From: an uncultured bacterium
Lineage (GTDB): Bacteria > Patescibacteriota > Saccharimonadia > UBA4664
Length of the DNA: 64,000 nt
Direction: 5' to 3'
NCBI GenBank assembly: GCA_963720265.1
Contig: CAVRET010000002.1
Span: forward strand, 663,601-727,600
Within the stretch, counting starts at the first letter, position 1, and every line of letters starts with the position of its first letter. The position numbers were made by a program, and so were the translations under genes. Of the stretch, positions 34,817 to 45,449 are shown in pieces. The notes under the pieces were generated by a model, which had not been told where the DNA came from, did no database searches, and saw only the letters and a list, made by a program, of their open reading frames with translations.

Positions 34817-35551
34817 TTAGTTGCGTGATCTGCCCACAATCCTGAGCAACGTGAGGAACAGGTTCACAATATCGACAATCAGTGCCCCGCTCACGTCAAT
34901 CGCGTTATCCAGTGTTTTGGGCAACTTCATCGCCCTGGCCCAATCGAACCAAATGTAGAGCGAGAAAATGAACACGCCCAGCCAATCCAGCGCCGTCAAG
35001 CTTGCGTGAATACCAAACAGCAGCAAAATCGATGCGCCAAAATATCCCACCAAAAGCACGAGCAAACCCACGAACAAAACGCCGGCAAACCGCATAATCA
35101 CATTCGGGAGCAACACCCCCAAAATCGCCATGCCAAAGGTCACAAATAGCGTTAGCGCCAGTGCATTCACTACCGTATCGACCGCGTAGTAAGCAATCAC
35201 CGGTCCGATCGACAGCCCCATAAAAAAGCTCAAGATCGATACACCAATGAGTGAGACCACCGGCTTATCCGATTTCGTAAAGATGAAGATCCCGGCAATC
35301 GAAATAATAAACGTCAGCAGCACGAGTCCCGGCCCATACTGCCAGTTCAGGCTAGTCCGGGCCCCTAGCGCCACTAAAAACACTGCCCAGCTCAACGCCA
35401 GGCCCAGCGCAAAGGCATACGAGCGCACACTCAAAACGTCTCGTCCCTCCTTGTCCCAGATTGCTTTGGAGCTGGCGTCGAGTGCCATTGGTATGCCCTT
35501 ATTTAACCCAATTATACACAAGCAGATTGACTCCGCCATGCTCGCGTACAT
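34817..35551 (-). CDS. Bax-inhibitor-1/YccA (TMBIM) family membrane protein
   Basis: Seven TM helices and a C-terminal DxxxDxxNxF-like block (DVSGALIVDIVNLFLTLLRIV). Confidence 0.6.
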   Translation of the reverse strand: MYASMAESICLCIIGLNKGIPMALDASSKAIWDKEGRDVLSVRSYAFALGLALSWAVFLVALGARTSLNWQYGPGLVLLTFIISIAGIFIFTKSDKPVVSLIGVSILSFFMGLSIGPVIAYYAVDTVVNALALTLFVTFGMAILGVLLPNVIMRFAGVLFVGLLVLLVGYFGASILLLFGIHASLTALDWLGVFIFSLYIWFDWARAMKLPKTLDNAIDVSGALIVDIVNLFLTLLRIVGRSRN

Positions 35552-35594
35552 CTGGTAAACCTGATACGATACGGCTATTAAAGAGGGGAGGCGT

Positions 35595-36008
35595 ATGCGG
35601 GGACCTATCGATTACATAATCGTCGGTTTTGAGGGTAATCACTTTGACGGCAGCATCTTGCGAGCCTTGTCCGACGCCATCGATTCCGGCGTAATCGCTC
35701 TGATCGCGCTGTCAGTCATCAGCAAAGACGGCAAGGGCACTGTCACAGTCGCCAATATCGACGAGGCCGGCGACAACTTTTTCGCTCAGTTTGTGCGGGA
35801 TCATCCCACCAATGAGTCTGTGATATCACTCAGCGATATCAACGAGATGGCCGAACTCATCAACAACAACTGTACCGCCGGCCTGCTCGTGGTTGAGCAA
35901 CTCTGGGCCAAGCCGCTCAAACAGGCGCTTATTAAAGCCAAGGGCATATTACTTGCCGAAGGCCGACTTCACCCCGACGCCGAAGCAGAGCTCGAAACCG
36001 TAATCTAA
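35595..36008 (+). CDS. hypothetical protein
   Basis: A 137-aa ORF preceded by a GAGGGGAGG SD. Confidence 0.45.
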   Translation: MRGPIDYIIVGFEGNHFDGSILRALSDAIDSGVIALIALSVISKDGKGTVTVANIDEAGDNFFAQFVRDHPTNESVISLSDINEMAELINNNCTAGLLVVEQLWAKPLKQALIKAKGILLAEGRLHPDAEAELETVI

Positions 36009-36019
36009 AGGAGGATAAC

Positions 36020-36313
36020 ATGCCGGGACTATTAAGAGGAATGGCCCGTACCACGGCAATTGTCGGTACTGCGACGGCGGTTTCCAACGGCGTTAGCCGA
36101 CGCCAATACAGCCGCTGGAACGAACAACAGCAAGCGCAAGCTGCTGCCGAGCCCCAGGCTGCGGCCGCAACCACGCCGGTACCGGAAGCCCAGCCGGCTC
36201 AGGCCGCCACTGATCCTTACGATGAGCTCGAAAAGCTCGGCCGCTTGAAAGACCAAGGCCTCATCACACAGGCCGAATTTGACGCCAAAAAGCAACAGTT
36301 GCTGGGTCTCTAG
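36020..36313 (+). CDS. SHOCT-domain protein
   Basis: C-terminal LGRLKDQGLITQAEFDAKKQQLL. An AGGAGG SD is present. Confidence 0.55.
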   Translation: MPGLLRGMARTTAIVGTATAVSNGVSRRQYSRWNEQQQAQAAAEPQAAAATTPVPEAQPAQAATDPYDELEKLGRLKDQGLITQAEFDAKKQQLLGL

Positions 36314-36378
36314 CACGACCAACGCCAGGCAGCGCCCCCAGGCGTCTGTTGTCATATGTGTAGTTAGTAAATGGCTCT

Positions 36379-36720
36379 ATGTTGGAAAAGAAGCTACAGC
36401 TTAAAAACGGCCAGACCATCGCGGTAGTCGGTACCATAGTGCCGGCACTCACGCTTTCGGCGCCGCGTACCGATAGTAAGGACGCCGATGCACTGCTGAT
36501 GTTTGTCGCTAACGAGGCCGAACTCAGACAGCATTTGAGTGAGCTCGGATCCGCTACCGAGACCGGCAAGCTCACCTGGCTGGCCTACCCAAAGGCTGGG
36601 CAGCTCGACACTGACATTAACCGCGACATCATTCGAACGATCGCCAACGACAATGGCCTTGATCCGGTCCGCCAAATCGCGATTGATGATATCTGGTCTG
36701 CCCTCAGGCTAAAGGCCTAG
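36379..36720 (+). CDS. hypothetical protein
   Basis: A 113-aa ORF. Confidence 0.4.
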   Translation: MLEKKLQLKNGQTIAVVGTIVPALTLSAPRTDSKDADALLMFVANEAELRQHLSELGSATETGKLTWLAYPKAGQLDTDINRDIIRTIANDNGLDPVRQIAIDDIWSALRLKA

Positions 36721-37226
36721 CATTGTTCGCTGGCATCGAGCACCTGCTCCAGTAGATCTACGACCCGCCGGTTGGCTTGTTTAAGTCCGTGCTCAGTCTG
36801 CTTCATCTGTGTAATCTCTTGAAATATCGTCACCACGTAAGTTGGTTTTGCTGACCCATCTTCTTGGATCGAGGAGGCCTTCACCCAGGCCCATTTCCAG
36901 GCTCCGGGCTGGGCATCCCGGGGCTGTACACGCACAATTTGCACAGGCTCAACTTCGCCGCGTAGTGCCTGTCGGCCGGGTAGCTGCTCAACCGATAGTG
37001 GCATGCCGTTATCGTCAAACAAGGCCGAAAAGTCCTTTAAGATGCCATGGACTCCAGCGCGCAACGCCGCCCCCGCCGATTCAAAGCCCAATAACTTAGC
37101 CGCCGCCGGATTAATGTATACCAGGTCAGTTCTTTCGTCCTGCACCACGACACCGTCGACAATATGATCAAGTATTAGCCTAAATTGTGCCCGCGCAGAC
37201 GCGCGCTCTTGCTTGCTCATAATCAT
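36717..37226 (-). CDS. PAS-domain protein
   Basis: PAS-like block DLVYINPAAAKLLGF. Confidence 0.5.
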   Translation of the reverse strand: MIMSKQERASARAQFRLILDHIVDGVVVQDERTDLVYINPAAAKLLGFESAGAALRAGVHGILKDFSALFDDNGMPLSVEQLPGRQALRGEVEPVQIVRVQPRDAQPGAWKWAWVKASSIQEDGSAKPTYVVTIFQEITQMKQTEHGLKQANRRVVDLLEQVLDASEQC

Positions 37227-37364
37227 CTATAATGTTAACGCTTATAATAACTGATCATACCTCGCGGAGAATAGCTTTTCTGCCAACTATTGTTTGCCTC
37301 GGCCGCTCAAATTCAGCATATCGTCTAAGCATAAGCACTTCTCGGCATACGGTATAGTAGTCGT

Positions 37365-38339
37365 ATGCAAAAAGCGCACACGTGCGACGTAGTACTTGAG
37401 GGCGGTGGGGTAAAAGGCCTCGGCCTCGTCGGCGCCGTCACAACACTGGAGCATCACGGTTATTCATTCCGCCGCGTGGCCGGCACTTCCGCAGGAGCGG
37501 TTGTCGGCTCACTCGTCGCCGCAGGCATGGACGCGCCGACCATGCTGAGTACGATGCGCAACCTCGATTACACCAAGTTTCAGGACAAAAACCTGCTCGA
37601 CTACTTTGGCCTACCGGGCGAAATGGCATCGCTCCTTATTAATAAAGGCATCTTTAAAGGCGATTACCTTCACCATTGGCTGGCCGCCGAGCTGAAAAAA
37701 CTCGGAGTAGTAACGTTCAAAGACCTGCGCCTCAAAGAGGACTGGGCCGACCGCTTCCCGGCACCCGAGCGCTACAAGCTCGTTGTTATCGCCTCAGATG
37801 TGTCGCGCGGCCAACTTATCCGCCTGCCGTGGGATTACCATCGCTACGGCCTCGACCCAGATAAGCAACTCGTAGCCGACGCCGTCCGCGCCTCGATGTC
37901 GATACCGTTCTTCTACATCCCCAAAAAGCTTGGTCGCAGCCGGCTCGTCGACGGCGGCTTCTTGTCCGACTTTCCGGTTAGCATTTTTGATAGCACCACC
38001 AGGCCACGCTGGCCCACCTTTGGCGTTAAGCTTTCGGCCAGGCCCAATTTAAAAGCGACCATCCACCCCACGCATACCACCTGGCAGCTCGCCACAGCCC
38101 TGTTTTCAACCATGCAACAAGCTCATGACATGATGCACCTGCAAGATCCGTCGGTCGTTCGACGTACCATATTTGTTGATTCCGGTCAGATCAAACCAAC
38201 CGATTTTGGCATTACTAAGGCCCAGCAGCAATACCTATACGAATCGGGCCGGCATGGCGCTACCAAATTCCTCGCAAACTGGAGCTTCACAGACTACCAA
38301 AACTCAACCGCGACCGCAGCCTCGTCCGGCGATCTCTAG
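37365..38339 (+). CDS. patatin-like phospholipase
   Basis: GGGVKG oxyanion motif, GTSAG nucleophile elbow, and a catalytic DGG. Confidence 0.85.
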   Translation: MQKAHTCDVVLEGGGVKGLGLVGAVTTLEHHGYSFRRVAGTSAGAVVGSLVAAGMDAPTMLSTMRNLDYTKFQDKNLLDYFGLPGEMASLLINKGIFKGDYLHHWLAAELKKLGVVTFKDLRLKEDWADRFPAPERYKLVVIASDVSRGQLIRLPWDYHRYGLDPDKQLVADAVRASMSIPFFYIPKKLGRSRLVDGGFLSDFPVSIFDSTTRPRWPTFGVKLSARPNLKATIHPTHTTWQLATALFSTMQQAHDMMHLQDPSVVRRTIFVDSGQIKPTDFGITKAQQQYLYESGRHGATKFLANWSFTDYQNSTATAASSGDL

Positions 38340-38405
38340 GCAACGAGCCGACGGCTGCATTTGCACATAGTGCTTGCCATTGTCCATTGTTAAATCTAAA
38401 CTTTA

Positions 38406-38696
38406 ATGCAAACGGCAACCATAAGAAGGGATATGTTCATGCAACCACGAGACCAGCAGCAACAAGGTCAGGATGACCAGCAGGCCCAGCAACAATTCCA
38501 GCAGGACGACCACCAGCAGGACGACCACAAGCAGGATGACCAGCAGCAGGCCCAGCAATTCCAGCAGGATGACGACCAGCAGGTTGATAGCCAGCAACAG
38601 CAAGGCGACCAGCACGAGCAGCAGCCGCATATGCAACAACAGCAACAGCAGCAGGATGACGACCAGCGTCAGCAGCACGAGCAGCACCAGCAATAA
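38406..38696 (+). CDS. Gln/Asp/His-rich low-complexity small protein (tentative)
   Basis: The ORF is built from CAGCAG/GACGAC-type repeats and encodes a ...QQDDHQQDD... polypeptide. The minus strand encodes a poly-Leu ORF. Confidence 0.3.
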   Translation: MQTATIRRDMFMQPRDQQQQGQDDQQAQQQFQQDDHQQDDHKQDDQQQAQQFQQDDDQQVDSQQQQGDQHEQQPHMQQQQQQQDDDQRQQHEQHQQ

Positions 38697-38763
38697 TCGC
38701 CGGTACTGACAAGCTAAAGAAAGTTGTGGCCGGAGCCACAAACACGATACTGTAAGGTTAATC

Positions 38764-40590
38764 ATGTGCGGTATCATCGCCTACTGTGGCAAACCTGAAC
38801 ATCTCATGCAAGACCTCATGGGCGGACTTAAGCGCCTTGAGTATCGGGGGTATGACTCGGCCGGTGTTGCGGTAATCGCCGGAGACGGCGTGTATGTCAA
38901 AAAAACGCCGGGCAAAATTGCTAAGCTCGAGGAGGCCGTTGGCGCCAAGCCACCAAGCCATCTCGGGCGCGTTGGTATTGCCCACACCCGCTGGGCAACT
39001 CACGGCGCTGCTACCAAGGAAAACGCCCACCCGCACAGATCCGCCGATGGGAATATCTGGCTAGTCCACAACGGCATCATCGAAAACTACTCCACAATCA
39101 AACAGGAGTTACAGGCCAAGGGCATTAAATTTGAGAGCGAAACCGACACCGAAGTGGCTGCCAAGCTTATTGGTGATCTCTACGACGGCGATTTGCTAAA
39201 AGCTGTGTTACGGGCCACTGATCGGCTGCACGGCGCTTTTGCCATGTGTGTTATGGCGGGCAGCGAGCCGGGCCGTCTTATCGGAGTTAAGCAATTTAGC
39301 CCGCTCGTCGTTGGCCTGGACAAAGATGCCATTCTAATAGCGTCCGATGCCAGCGCTGTCATACCTGAGACCAAAAACGTCATTTACCTTAAAGACGGCG
39401 AATTGGTGGACGTCCAAAACGGCACGTACACCATCCACGATTTTAAAGGCGCAGTGCGCACTGAGTTGGTCGCCAAGATCAACTGGGATGCCCAGGCCGC
39501 TACCAAACAAGGCTTCGACCACTACTTGTTAAAAGAAATTATGGAACAGCCCACCGCCGTGCGCGAGACGATCCGTGGCCGGATTATCAGGGATGCGGGC
39601 GAAGTTATGCTGGGCGGGCTGACCGATATCCAGGATCGCCTTGCAAGCATAAATCACATCGTGCTGCTGGGTGTTGGCACCTCGAATTATGCTGCCAAGC
39701 TCGGTGAGCTGTACTTTAACGCACTCACTGGAGTGCCAACCAGTGCCGTCATGTCCCCTGAGTATCGCTATACCGACAATCCCATCGACGAGCACACGTG
39801 GCTCATAGCCGTTTCACAATCCGGCGAAACCGCTGACACTATCGCCGCGATTGAAAAAGCCAAGCATCACGGCGCGCTTGTAACCGGCATTGTCAATGTG
39901 GTGGGCTCGAGTATAGCGCGAATGACCGATGCCGGCGCCTACAACCACATTGGGCCGGAAATTTCGGTCGCCTCCACCAAGGCCTTCACTTCTCAGGCAG
40001 TGCTTTTGCTCTTACACGCGCTGTACTTTGGGCAAGTTCGTGGTAGCACCTCGGCTCTGGCACCGCAACTTCTGCTCGCGCTCGAGCGTCTGCCCGAGGG
40101 GATCGGCCGCCTGCTCGAAGAGTACGGCAGCATCGCCGAGGTAGCAGCCGGACTCAAGAGTTACCACAATCTGCTCTATATCGGCCGCCGCTACAACTAC
40201 CCCGTGGCGCTCGAAGGCGCACTCAAGATCAAAGAAATCGCCTATGTGCACGCCGAAGGCCTCAGCGGTGGTGAGCTAAAGCACGGCTTTATCGCACTCA
40301 TTGATAAAACCATGCCGACCATAGCACTTGCTACTCGCGATTCGGTCACCGACAAGATGCTCGACAACATCCAGGAGGTCAAAGCTCGCGGCGGCCGAGT
40401 GATCGGCATTGCGAGCGCACCAAATGATCTCTTTGATGACACCATAACGGTGCCGGATGTCGGTCCCGAGCTGCTTCAGCCACTGGTCAACAATGTGGCG
40501 TTGCAACTCCTGGCCTATTATTCAGCCAAGCTGCGCGGGCACAACATCGATCAACCGCGCAATCTCGCCAAGAGTGTCACGGTCGAGTAG
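38764..40590 (+). CDS. glmS: glutamine--fructose-6-phosphate aminotransferase
   Basis: N-terminal MCGIIAY with the catalytic Cys2, and two SIS domains. Confidence 0.95.
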   Translation: MCGIIAYCGKPEHLMQDLMGGLKRLEYRGYDSAGVAVIAGDGVYVKKTPGKIAKLEEAVGAKPPSHLGRVGIAHTRWATHGAATKENAHPHRSADGNIWLVHNGIIENYSTIKQELQAKGIKFESETDTEVAAKLIGDLYDGDLLKAVLRATDRLHGAFAMCVMAGSEPGRLIGVKQFSPLVVGLDKDAILIASDASAVIPETKNVIYLKDGELVDVQNGTYTIHDFKGAVRTELVAKINWDAQAATKQGFDHYLLKEIMEQPTAVRETIRGRIIRDAGEVMLGGLTDIQDRLASINHIVLLGVGTSNYAAKLGELYFNALTGVPTSAVMSPEYRYTDNPIDEHTWLIAVSQSGETADTIAAIEKAKHHGALVTGIVNVVGSSIARMTDAGAYNHIGPEISVASTKAFTSQAVLLLLHALYFGQVRGSTSALAPQLLLALERLPEGIGRLLEEYGSIAEVAAGLKSYHNLLYIGRRYNYPVALEGALKIKEIAYVHAEGLSGGELKHGFIALIDKTMPTIALATRDSVTDKMLDNIQEVKARGGRVIGIASAPNDLFDDTITVPDVGPELLQPLVNNVALQLLAYYSAKLRGHNIDQPRNLAKSVTVE

Positions 40591-40606
40591 CCCTTGATGG
40601 GATAAA

Positions 40607-42004
40607 CTAAATACCGGCCTTGACGACGCGCTCGAGCAATTGAGTGAGGAGGTCGTGCGCCATATCAATCTCCGCCTTGCTTACCAGCAGATTTGGCGCC
40701 ATTGTAATCACGTTCTTATGGTAGCCGCCGATATCAAGCACTAAACCCAAGGGCTCGCCGTCATGCGATAGATTGCCGTCGAGCCCTTCGTTAAACAGAA
40801 AGTCAGCCCGTTTTTCGCTCGGCGTCCAGCCGTCGTCTTCACAAAGCTCCATCCTGAGTGCGAGTCCCAAACCGTCGACATCGCCCACAATGTGCGGAAA
40901 ACGGTCTTTAAGATCGCGCAATTTATCCAGGAAATACGCGCCCTTGTCAGCAATCTCAGCTTCCCGGTTCTCCCACGCTTCAAAGTAATCCAAGGTCGCG
41001 AGCCCAGCCGCTGTCCCCAGCGGGTTGCCGGCAAACGTTGAGTGCGCCGACCCGGGGTGAAAAGCCTGCGGCGTAATCAATGATTCCTTGGCCCATAGCG
41101 CCGACAGCGGGTTCATACCGTTAGTCATGGCCTTGCCAAACACGATAATATCCGGCGTCACGTCAAAATGCTCAATCGCCCACAATTTGCCGGTCCGGTA
41201 AAAGCCCATCTGAATTTCATCAACCACCAGCAAAATGCCATATTCATCAAGTACTTTTTTAAGCTCTTTAAAATAATTGCGCGGTGGAATAATATATCCG
41301 CCCGTGCCCTGGATCGGCTCCACAAACACGGCCCTAAACTCACTCAACTTGTGCTTAGCATCGTACACGCCGTTATATTCCGATTCAAACAGATGTTTAA
41401 ATTGGCTCACGTAATAGTCGGTTATATCGGAGACCCCTTTGGGCGCCCGGAATGTGTACGGAAACTCAATGAACTCCGCCCGGTCGCCGAAGTGCCCAAA
41501 CCGGCTGCGGTACCGGTAGCTCGACGTGATGGCCGAGGCCGCAATTGTGCGGCCATGATAGCCGCCCTGAAACGCAAACACGCGATTATTGTGCGTGTTC
41601 ATACGCACAAGCTTCAACGCATCTTCCACGGCCTGCGCGCCGCCCACATTGTAGTGCACCCGGCCTTTTTCACCAAAGCGGCGCTCTGCCGCCCGGGCTA
41701 GGCGCGCCGCCAGCATGATGCGCCCTTCGTGTAGATATTGTGATGCCAGCTGCGGCAGGGTGTCGATTTGCTGCTTGATCGCATCATTGATGGCCTGGTT
41801 GCCATAGCCCAGGTTAACCGCCGAATACCACATTTGCAGGTCAAAAAACTTTTTTCCGGCTGCATCATACAGATAGGAGTCCTTGCTGCGATCAAAGATA
41901 TCGGCTCGGTCGGCATAATGAACCGTGTCGCCATACGAACAATAGGCTTTCTCAAGCTCTAGTAGTTCCTGAAATGATTCGTGCTCATGAATCTGCATAA
42001 TCAA
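40607..42004 (-). CDS. class III pyridoxal-phosphate-dependent aminotransferase
   Basis: VVDEIQMGFYRTGKLWA ... FGKAMTNG carries the PLP-binding Lys. Confidence 0.75.
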   Translation of the reverse strand: MIMQIHEHESFQELLELEKAYCSYGDTVHYADRADIFDRSKDSYLYDAAGKKFFDLQMWYSAVNLGYGNQAINDAIKQQIDTLPQLASQYLHEGRIMLAARLARAAERRFGEKGRVHYNVGGAQAVEDALKLVRMNTHNNRVFAFQGGYHGRTIAASAITSSYRYRSRFGHFGDRAEFIEFPYTFRAPKGVSDITDYYVSQFKHLFESEYNGVYDAKHKLSEFRAVFVEPIQGTGGYIIPPRNYFKELKKVLDEYGILLVVDEIQMGFYRTGKLWAIEHFDVTPDIIVFGKAMTNGMNPLSALWAKESLITPQAFHPGSAHSTFAGNPLGTAAGLATLDYFEAWENREAEIADKGAYFLDKLRDLKDRFPHIVGDVDGLGLALRMELCEDDGWTPSEKRADFLFNEGLDGNLSHDGEPLGLVLDIGGYHKNVITMAPNLLVSKAEIDMAHDLLTQLLERVVKAGI

Positions 42005-42019
42005 CTCTCACTTTACCAC

Positions 42020-43249
42020 TTATGCTTGCCCGATCCCAGATGCAATCGCGGGTTGTGGCTGAGCCGGCGCGCGGGCCGACAACACTTCCAATACACTCGA
42101 AGCCGATGCGCTCCAGTTGCCGTCTGCGTCCCGAGCCCGCACTTGCAGCGTATAGGAACCAGGGTTCAGGGGAGAGACAATTGAAGCCGACAGGCCGGCC
42201 TCCGATACTTGCATTGGTATGCCGCCGCCGGCGCTTGGATCCTTCGCGCCAAAATACTCGCCTTCAACTGCCGGAGACCCACGGCCGAGTAGCGGCACTG
42301 TTAAAGTCGTCGGTGCACCACTCACAACCGGGTTGGCCGACCATACCGGCTGCCCGAGCTCCGGCGACATTTGCCGCATATGCACGACGATTTCGTCACT
42401 GGGCAAGCCCTCCGCGCCTGCCGCGCTGGCGGTCACGCAGTAGCGATGGGAACCGGAGCGGACGGTGGTGTCAACAAAACTCGTGCCGCTAGATCCGCCC
42501 AGCGCAAGCCCATCACGGTAAATGTAGTAGGCTTGTGCTTCCGGCACCGGCAGCCAGACCAACGTCAGCGTTTGTGTAACAGAGGCGGCCGCAAGCTTCA
42601 TAGGGGCTGCAATTGCCGGAGCCGGCACCGGTGCGGTTGCGGGGCCGCTGACGGGCTGAGCTGTCGGCGTCCCCATCAAGGCCTCACGCCTGCCCAGAAT
42701 AATAGCCACAAATAAGGCGTTGACGAGCAGAATGTCGATCGGGGAGGCAATCGCCGTAATCCTAAGATCCGTTGCGGCCAGAAGCGCGGCTAACCCACTG
42801 ACCGAACTCAAGAAAAACGTTGACCAGGTTTCCTCAAACGGCTTTTGCCACATATGTTTAATCGTTGGCAACGAGCCGATAAGATCCACAATCACGGACG
42901 CCAGCACTGCCATGGCAGGGGAGTTAAACCACCACCACAACCCCAGCCCGACCAAAGCTCCGATCAGACATACAACGTCGAAGCTTGCGATCGCGAGAAT
43001 TCCCGCCATCATCAGCCCGAGCACTGCGATCGTCAGAGTTTCGACCGTTTCGCTCGCGGTCAGCACCGCACTTGCGTACTGGTGATCGCTAAAAGATGCC
43101 GCCGCTGCCAGGCCGGTTAGCAGCGACCACACCAGCCACGTCACAACCCTGGGCTTGGTCTTCTGCGCCCAAACATCTCGCAAGTACGGCACGCCAGCCC
43201 CCAAGGTCAACGCGCTACTTACGACAATAAGTATCGTCCTGATTAGCAA
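42020..43249 (-). CDS. membrane protein with an N-terminal polytopic domain and C-terminal FN3/Ig-like repeats
   Basis: About eight TM helices, then a Pro/Ala linker and two beta-sandwich-like repeats. Confidence 0.5.
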   Translation of the reverse strand: MLIRTILIVVSSALTLGAGVPYLRDVWAQKTKPRVVTWLVWSLLTGLAAAASFSDHQYASAVLTASETVETLTIAVLGLMMAGILAIASFDVVCLIGALVGLGLWWWFNSPAMAVLASVIVDLIGSLPTIKHMWQKPFEETWSTFFLSSVSGLAALLAATDLRITAIASPIDILLVNALFVAIILGRREALMGTPTAQPVSGPATAPVPAPAIAAPMKLAAASVTQTLTLVWLPVPEAQAYYIYRDGLALGGSSGTSFVDTTVRSGSHRYCVTASAAGAEGLPSDEIVVHMRQMSPELGQPVWSANPVVSGAPTTLTVPLLGRGSPAVEGEYFGAKDPSAGGGIPMQVSEAGLSASIVSPLNPGSYTLQVRARDADGNWSASASSVLEVLSARAPAQPQPAIASGIGQA

Positions 43250-43320
43250 ATCTCACCCTTCTTATCCGCATTATATCAACTAAGCATAGGCGTTATACAG
43301 CAGTCTGGTATACTGCGCTC

Positions 43321-43980
43321 ATGATACGGGCCGCAATCTTCGATATGGACGGCTTACTCGTGGACAGCGAGCCGCTTTGGAGGCAAGCCGAAACCAAGGT
43401 TTTTCGTGACCTCGGTGTGCCAATCACCACGAAAAGCGCGGCCGAAACCACGGGTCTGCGCACCGATCAAACAGTGCATTACTGGTATGAGCGCTATCCC
43501 TGGAAAGACACAACTGAGGCAGAGGTAGGCAGCCGCATTGACCAAACGGTACTTGAACTAATCCGCCGGCTGGCAATACCAAAAGTTGGCGTTCACGAGG
43601 CCATCACAGCCTGCCGGGAGCTGGATCTCGCGATTGCCCTGGCGTCATCGTCGTCACCGGATATTATTACAGGTGTTGTCACAAAGCTGGGGCTCGAACA
43701 CGAGTTTAGGGCTACGCATTCAGCCGAAGCCGAGGTCTACGGCAAACCCAACCCGGCGGTCTACCTTGATACAGCCAAGAAGCTGGGCCTAGCTCCCGAG
43801 GTCTGCGTAGCACTCGAAGATTCGCTCAACGGTGTGATTTCAGCCAAGTCTGCCGGAATGTATTGCATCGCTGTACCTGACGCTTCGGAGCGCGACCACC
43901 CGCAATTTAGCATTGCCGATAGGGTGGTGGATTCACTGCTTGAAGTCACACCCGCACTCATTCGGAGCCTCACGCGCTAA
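43321..43980 (+). CDS. HAD-superfamily hydrolase (beta-phosphoglucomutase-like)
   Basis: N-terminal DMDGLLVDSE (DxDG). Confidence 0.75.
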   Translation: MIRAAIFDMDGLLVDSEPLWRQAETKVFRDLGVPITTKSAAETTGLRTDQTVHYWYERYPWKDTTEAEVGSRIDQTVLELIRRLAIPKVGVHEAITACRELDLAIALASSSSPDIITGVVTKLGLEHEFRATHSAEAEVYGKPNPAVYLDTAKKLGLAPEVCVALEDSLNGVISAKSAGMYCIAVPDASERDHPQFSIADRVVDSLLEVTPALIRSLTR

Positions 43981-44015
43981 TGCCCGTGGTCGTCACAGCG
44001 GAACCACCGGCCGGT

Positions 44016-45413
44016 TCACGAGTCCGTATCACGTATCGGCGCCACCAGCGGTTCTCGTTCAAACAGCTCGGATAGAAAATTATTGGTCCACCAAAACACG
44101 TCTTGTTGTCGCACATTCGCCAGCAGCGAATTCCAGCGCCGGCCCTGCTCCGGCAGTCGCATATGCAAAGCGTGCCTGAGGCCGCGCGCAATATCATCGA
44201 CATTAGCAGGGTTAACCAAGACGGCATCGTGCAGTTGCCAGGCCGCACCAATGGTTTTGCTAAGGACCACGGCGCCCAGTTTCGCTCCGCGAGCCGCAAT
44301 ATATTCTTTTACCATCAAATTCATCCCGTCCATGATGGGCGTCACCAAAAACACATCCGCCATCCGATACAAGGCATTAAGCTCTTCAAAGCCATGGCTA
44401 CGGTATTCCAGTGACACGGGAGTAATGCCCAGCCGCTTCCGGTAGCCTGCGTTGATTCGCGCCACTTCCTGTTCAATCTGATCCTTCAACAACCGGTATT
44501 CCGACAAATCCTCGCGCGACGGCGCCACCACCATGTGATACTCCAACTTGCCGGCCGGGTAATGTTCCAGCACCTTTTCCACACCTTGCAGCTGCTGGAT
44601 AATCCCCTTTGTGTAATCAAGCCGCGACGCCGATAAGATCAATCTCGCATCCGCCGATTTGAGTAGTCGTAGTTGCTTGAGGTAGGCGATAACTTCACGC
44701 TGCCTGCCGGCTGATCGGTACGTCTTGTAATCAATACCAATCGGGAACGCCTTCACTGTAGCGCCTGGCTTAGGTTCAATGCCGGTGGCCTTGAGGCAGT
44801 CATTAAAATTACGCACATCACGTTCGGTCTGAAAGCCCAGCACATCAACCACACTCAAACTTTCCAACAACGGCCGGTGGTGCTTCCATTGCAAAAACAC
44901 CGCCGCTGTCGGAAACGGGGTGTGCAGGAAAAAGCCGATGCGGTTGCGAATTCCACGTTCACGCAAAACCCGCGGCAGCAATTGTAAATGGTAATCATGG
45001 ATCCAAATCACATCGCCGGCCTGGAGGTTGGCCTCCACGGCATTGGCAAATAAGTTGATGACCTCCCGGGTCGCTTTCCAATCCGCTTCTTGGTCGAGCT
45101 TGGCCGGCTTAATGCCGTGGAAAAGCGGCCACAACACACCGTTGGACAACCGGTTGTAATAGCGTGTAAGTTGGCGTTTCGAAATCAACACTGGTATCAA
45201 AAGATCTGGGAAGTTGAGCTGCAACAACTGCTGTTTGGTGAGCCGTTGCCAGGTGCCCGGCCACCCAATCCACAGCATTGGATGGCTACTCATGACCGAA
45301 CCCAAAGCTGTCGCTAAACCGCCGAGGCTGCGTTTGAGCACGAGTTCCCCGGCTTCATGCGTAATGTTAACCGGCAAGCGGTTTGACACTACTACTATCC
45401 GTGTTTTTGACAT
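44016..45413 (-). CDS. otsA: alpha,alpha-trehalose-phosphate synthase
   Basis: Glycosyltransferase family 20 blocks: IVVVSNRLP, WIHDYHLQLLP, GFFLHTPFP. Confidence 0.85.
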   Translation of the reverse strand: MSKTRIVVVSNRLPVNITHEAGELVLKRSLGGLATALGSVMSSHPMLWIGWPGTWQRLTKQQLLQLNFPDLLIPVLISKRQLTRYYNRLSNGVLWPLFHGIKPAKLDQEADWKATREVINLFANAVEANLQAGDVIWIHDYHLQLLPRVLRERGIRNRIGFFLHTPFPTAAVFLQWKHHRPLLESLSVVDVLGFQTERDVRNFNDCLKATGIEPKPGATVKAFPIGIDYKTYRSAGRQREVIAYLKQLRLLKSADARLILSASRLDYTKGIIQQLQGVEKVLEHYPAGKLEYHMVVAPSREDLSEYRLLKDQIEQEVARINAGYRKRLGITPVSLEYRSHGFEELNALYRMADVFLVTPIMDGMNLMVKEYIAARGAKLGAVVLSKTIGAAWQLHDAVLVNPANVDDIARGLRHALHMRLPEQGRRWNSLLANVRQQDVFWWTNNFLSELFEREPLVAPIRDTDS

Positions 45414-45449
45414 ATACTTATCAGCCTCAACACATTACCGTGGGCAAGT

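Noticed and set aside
38403-38777. A 124-aa poly-Leu minus-strand ORF across the CAG/GAC repeat region
   Set aside because: It is the complement of the Gln/Asp repeat ORF, which makes it an artefact of repeat symmetry. The + strand ORF has the SD and matches the glmS orientation.
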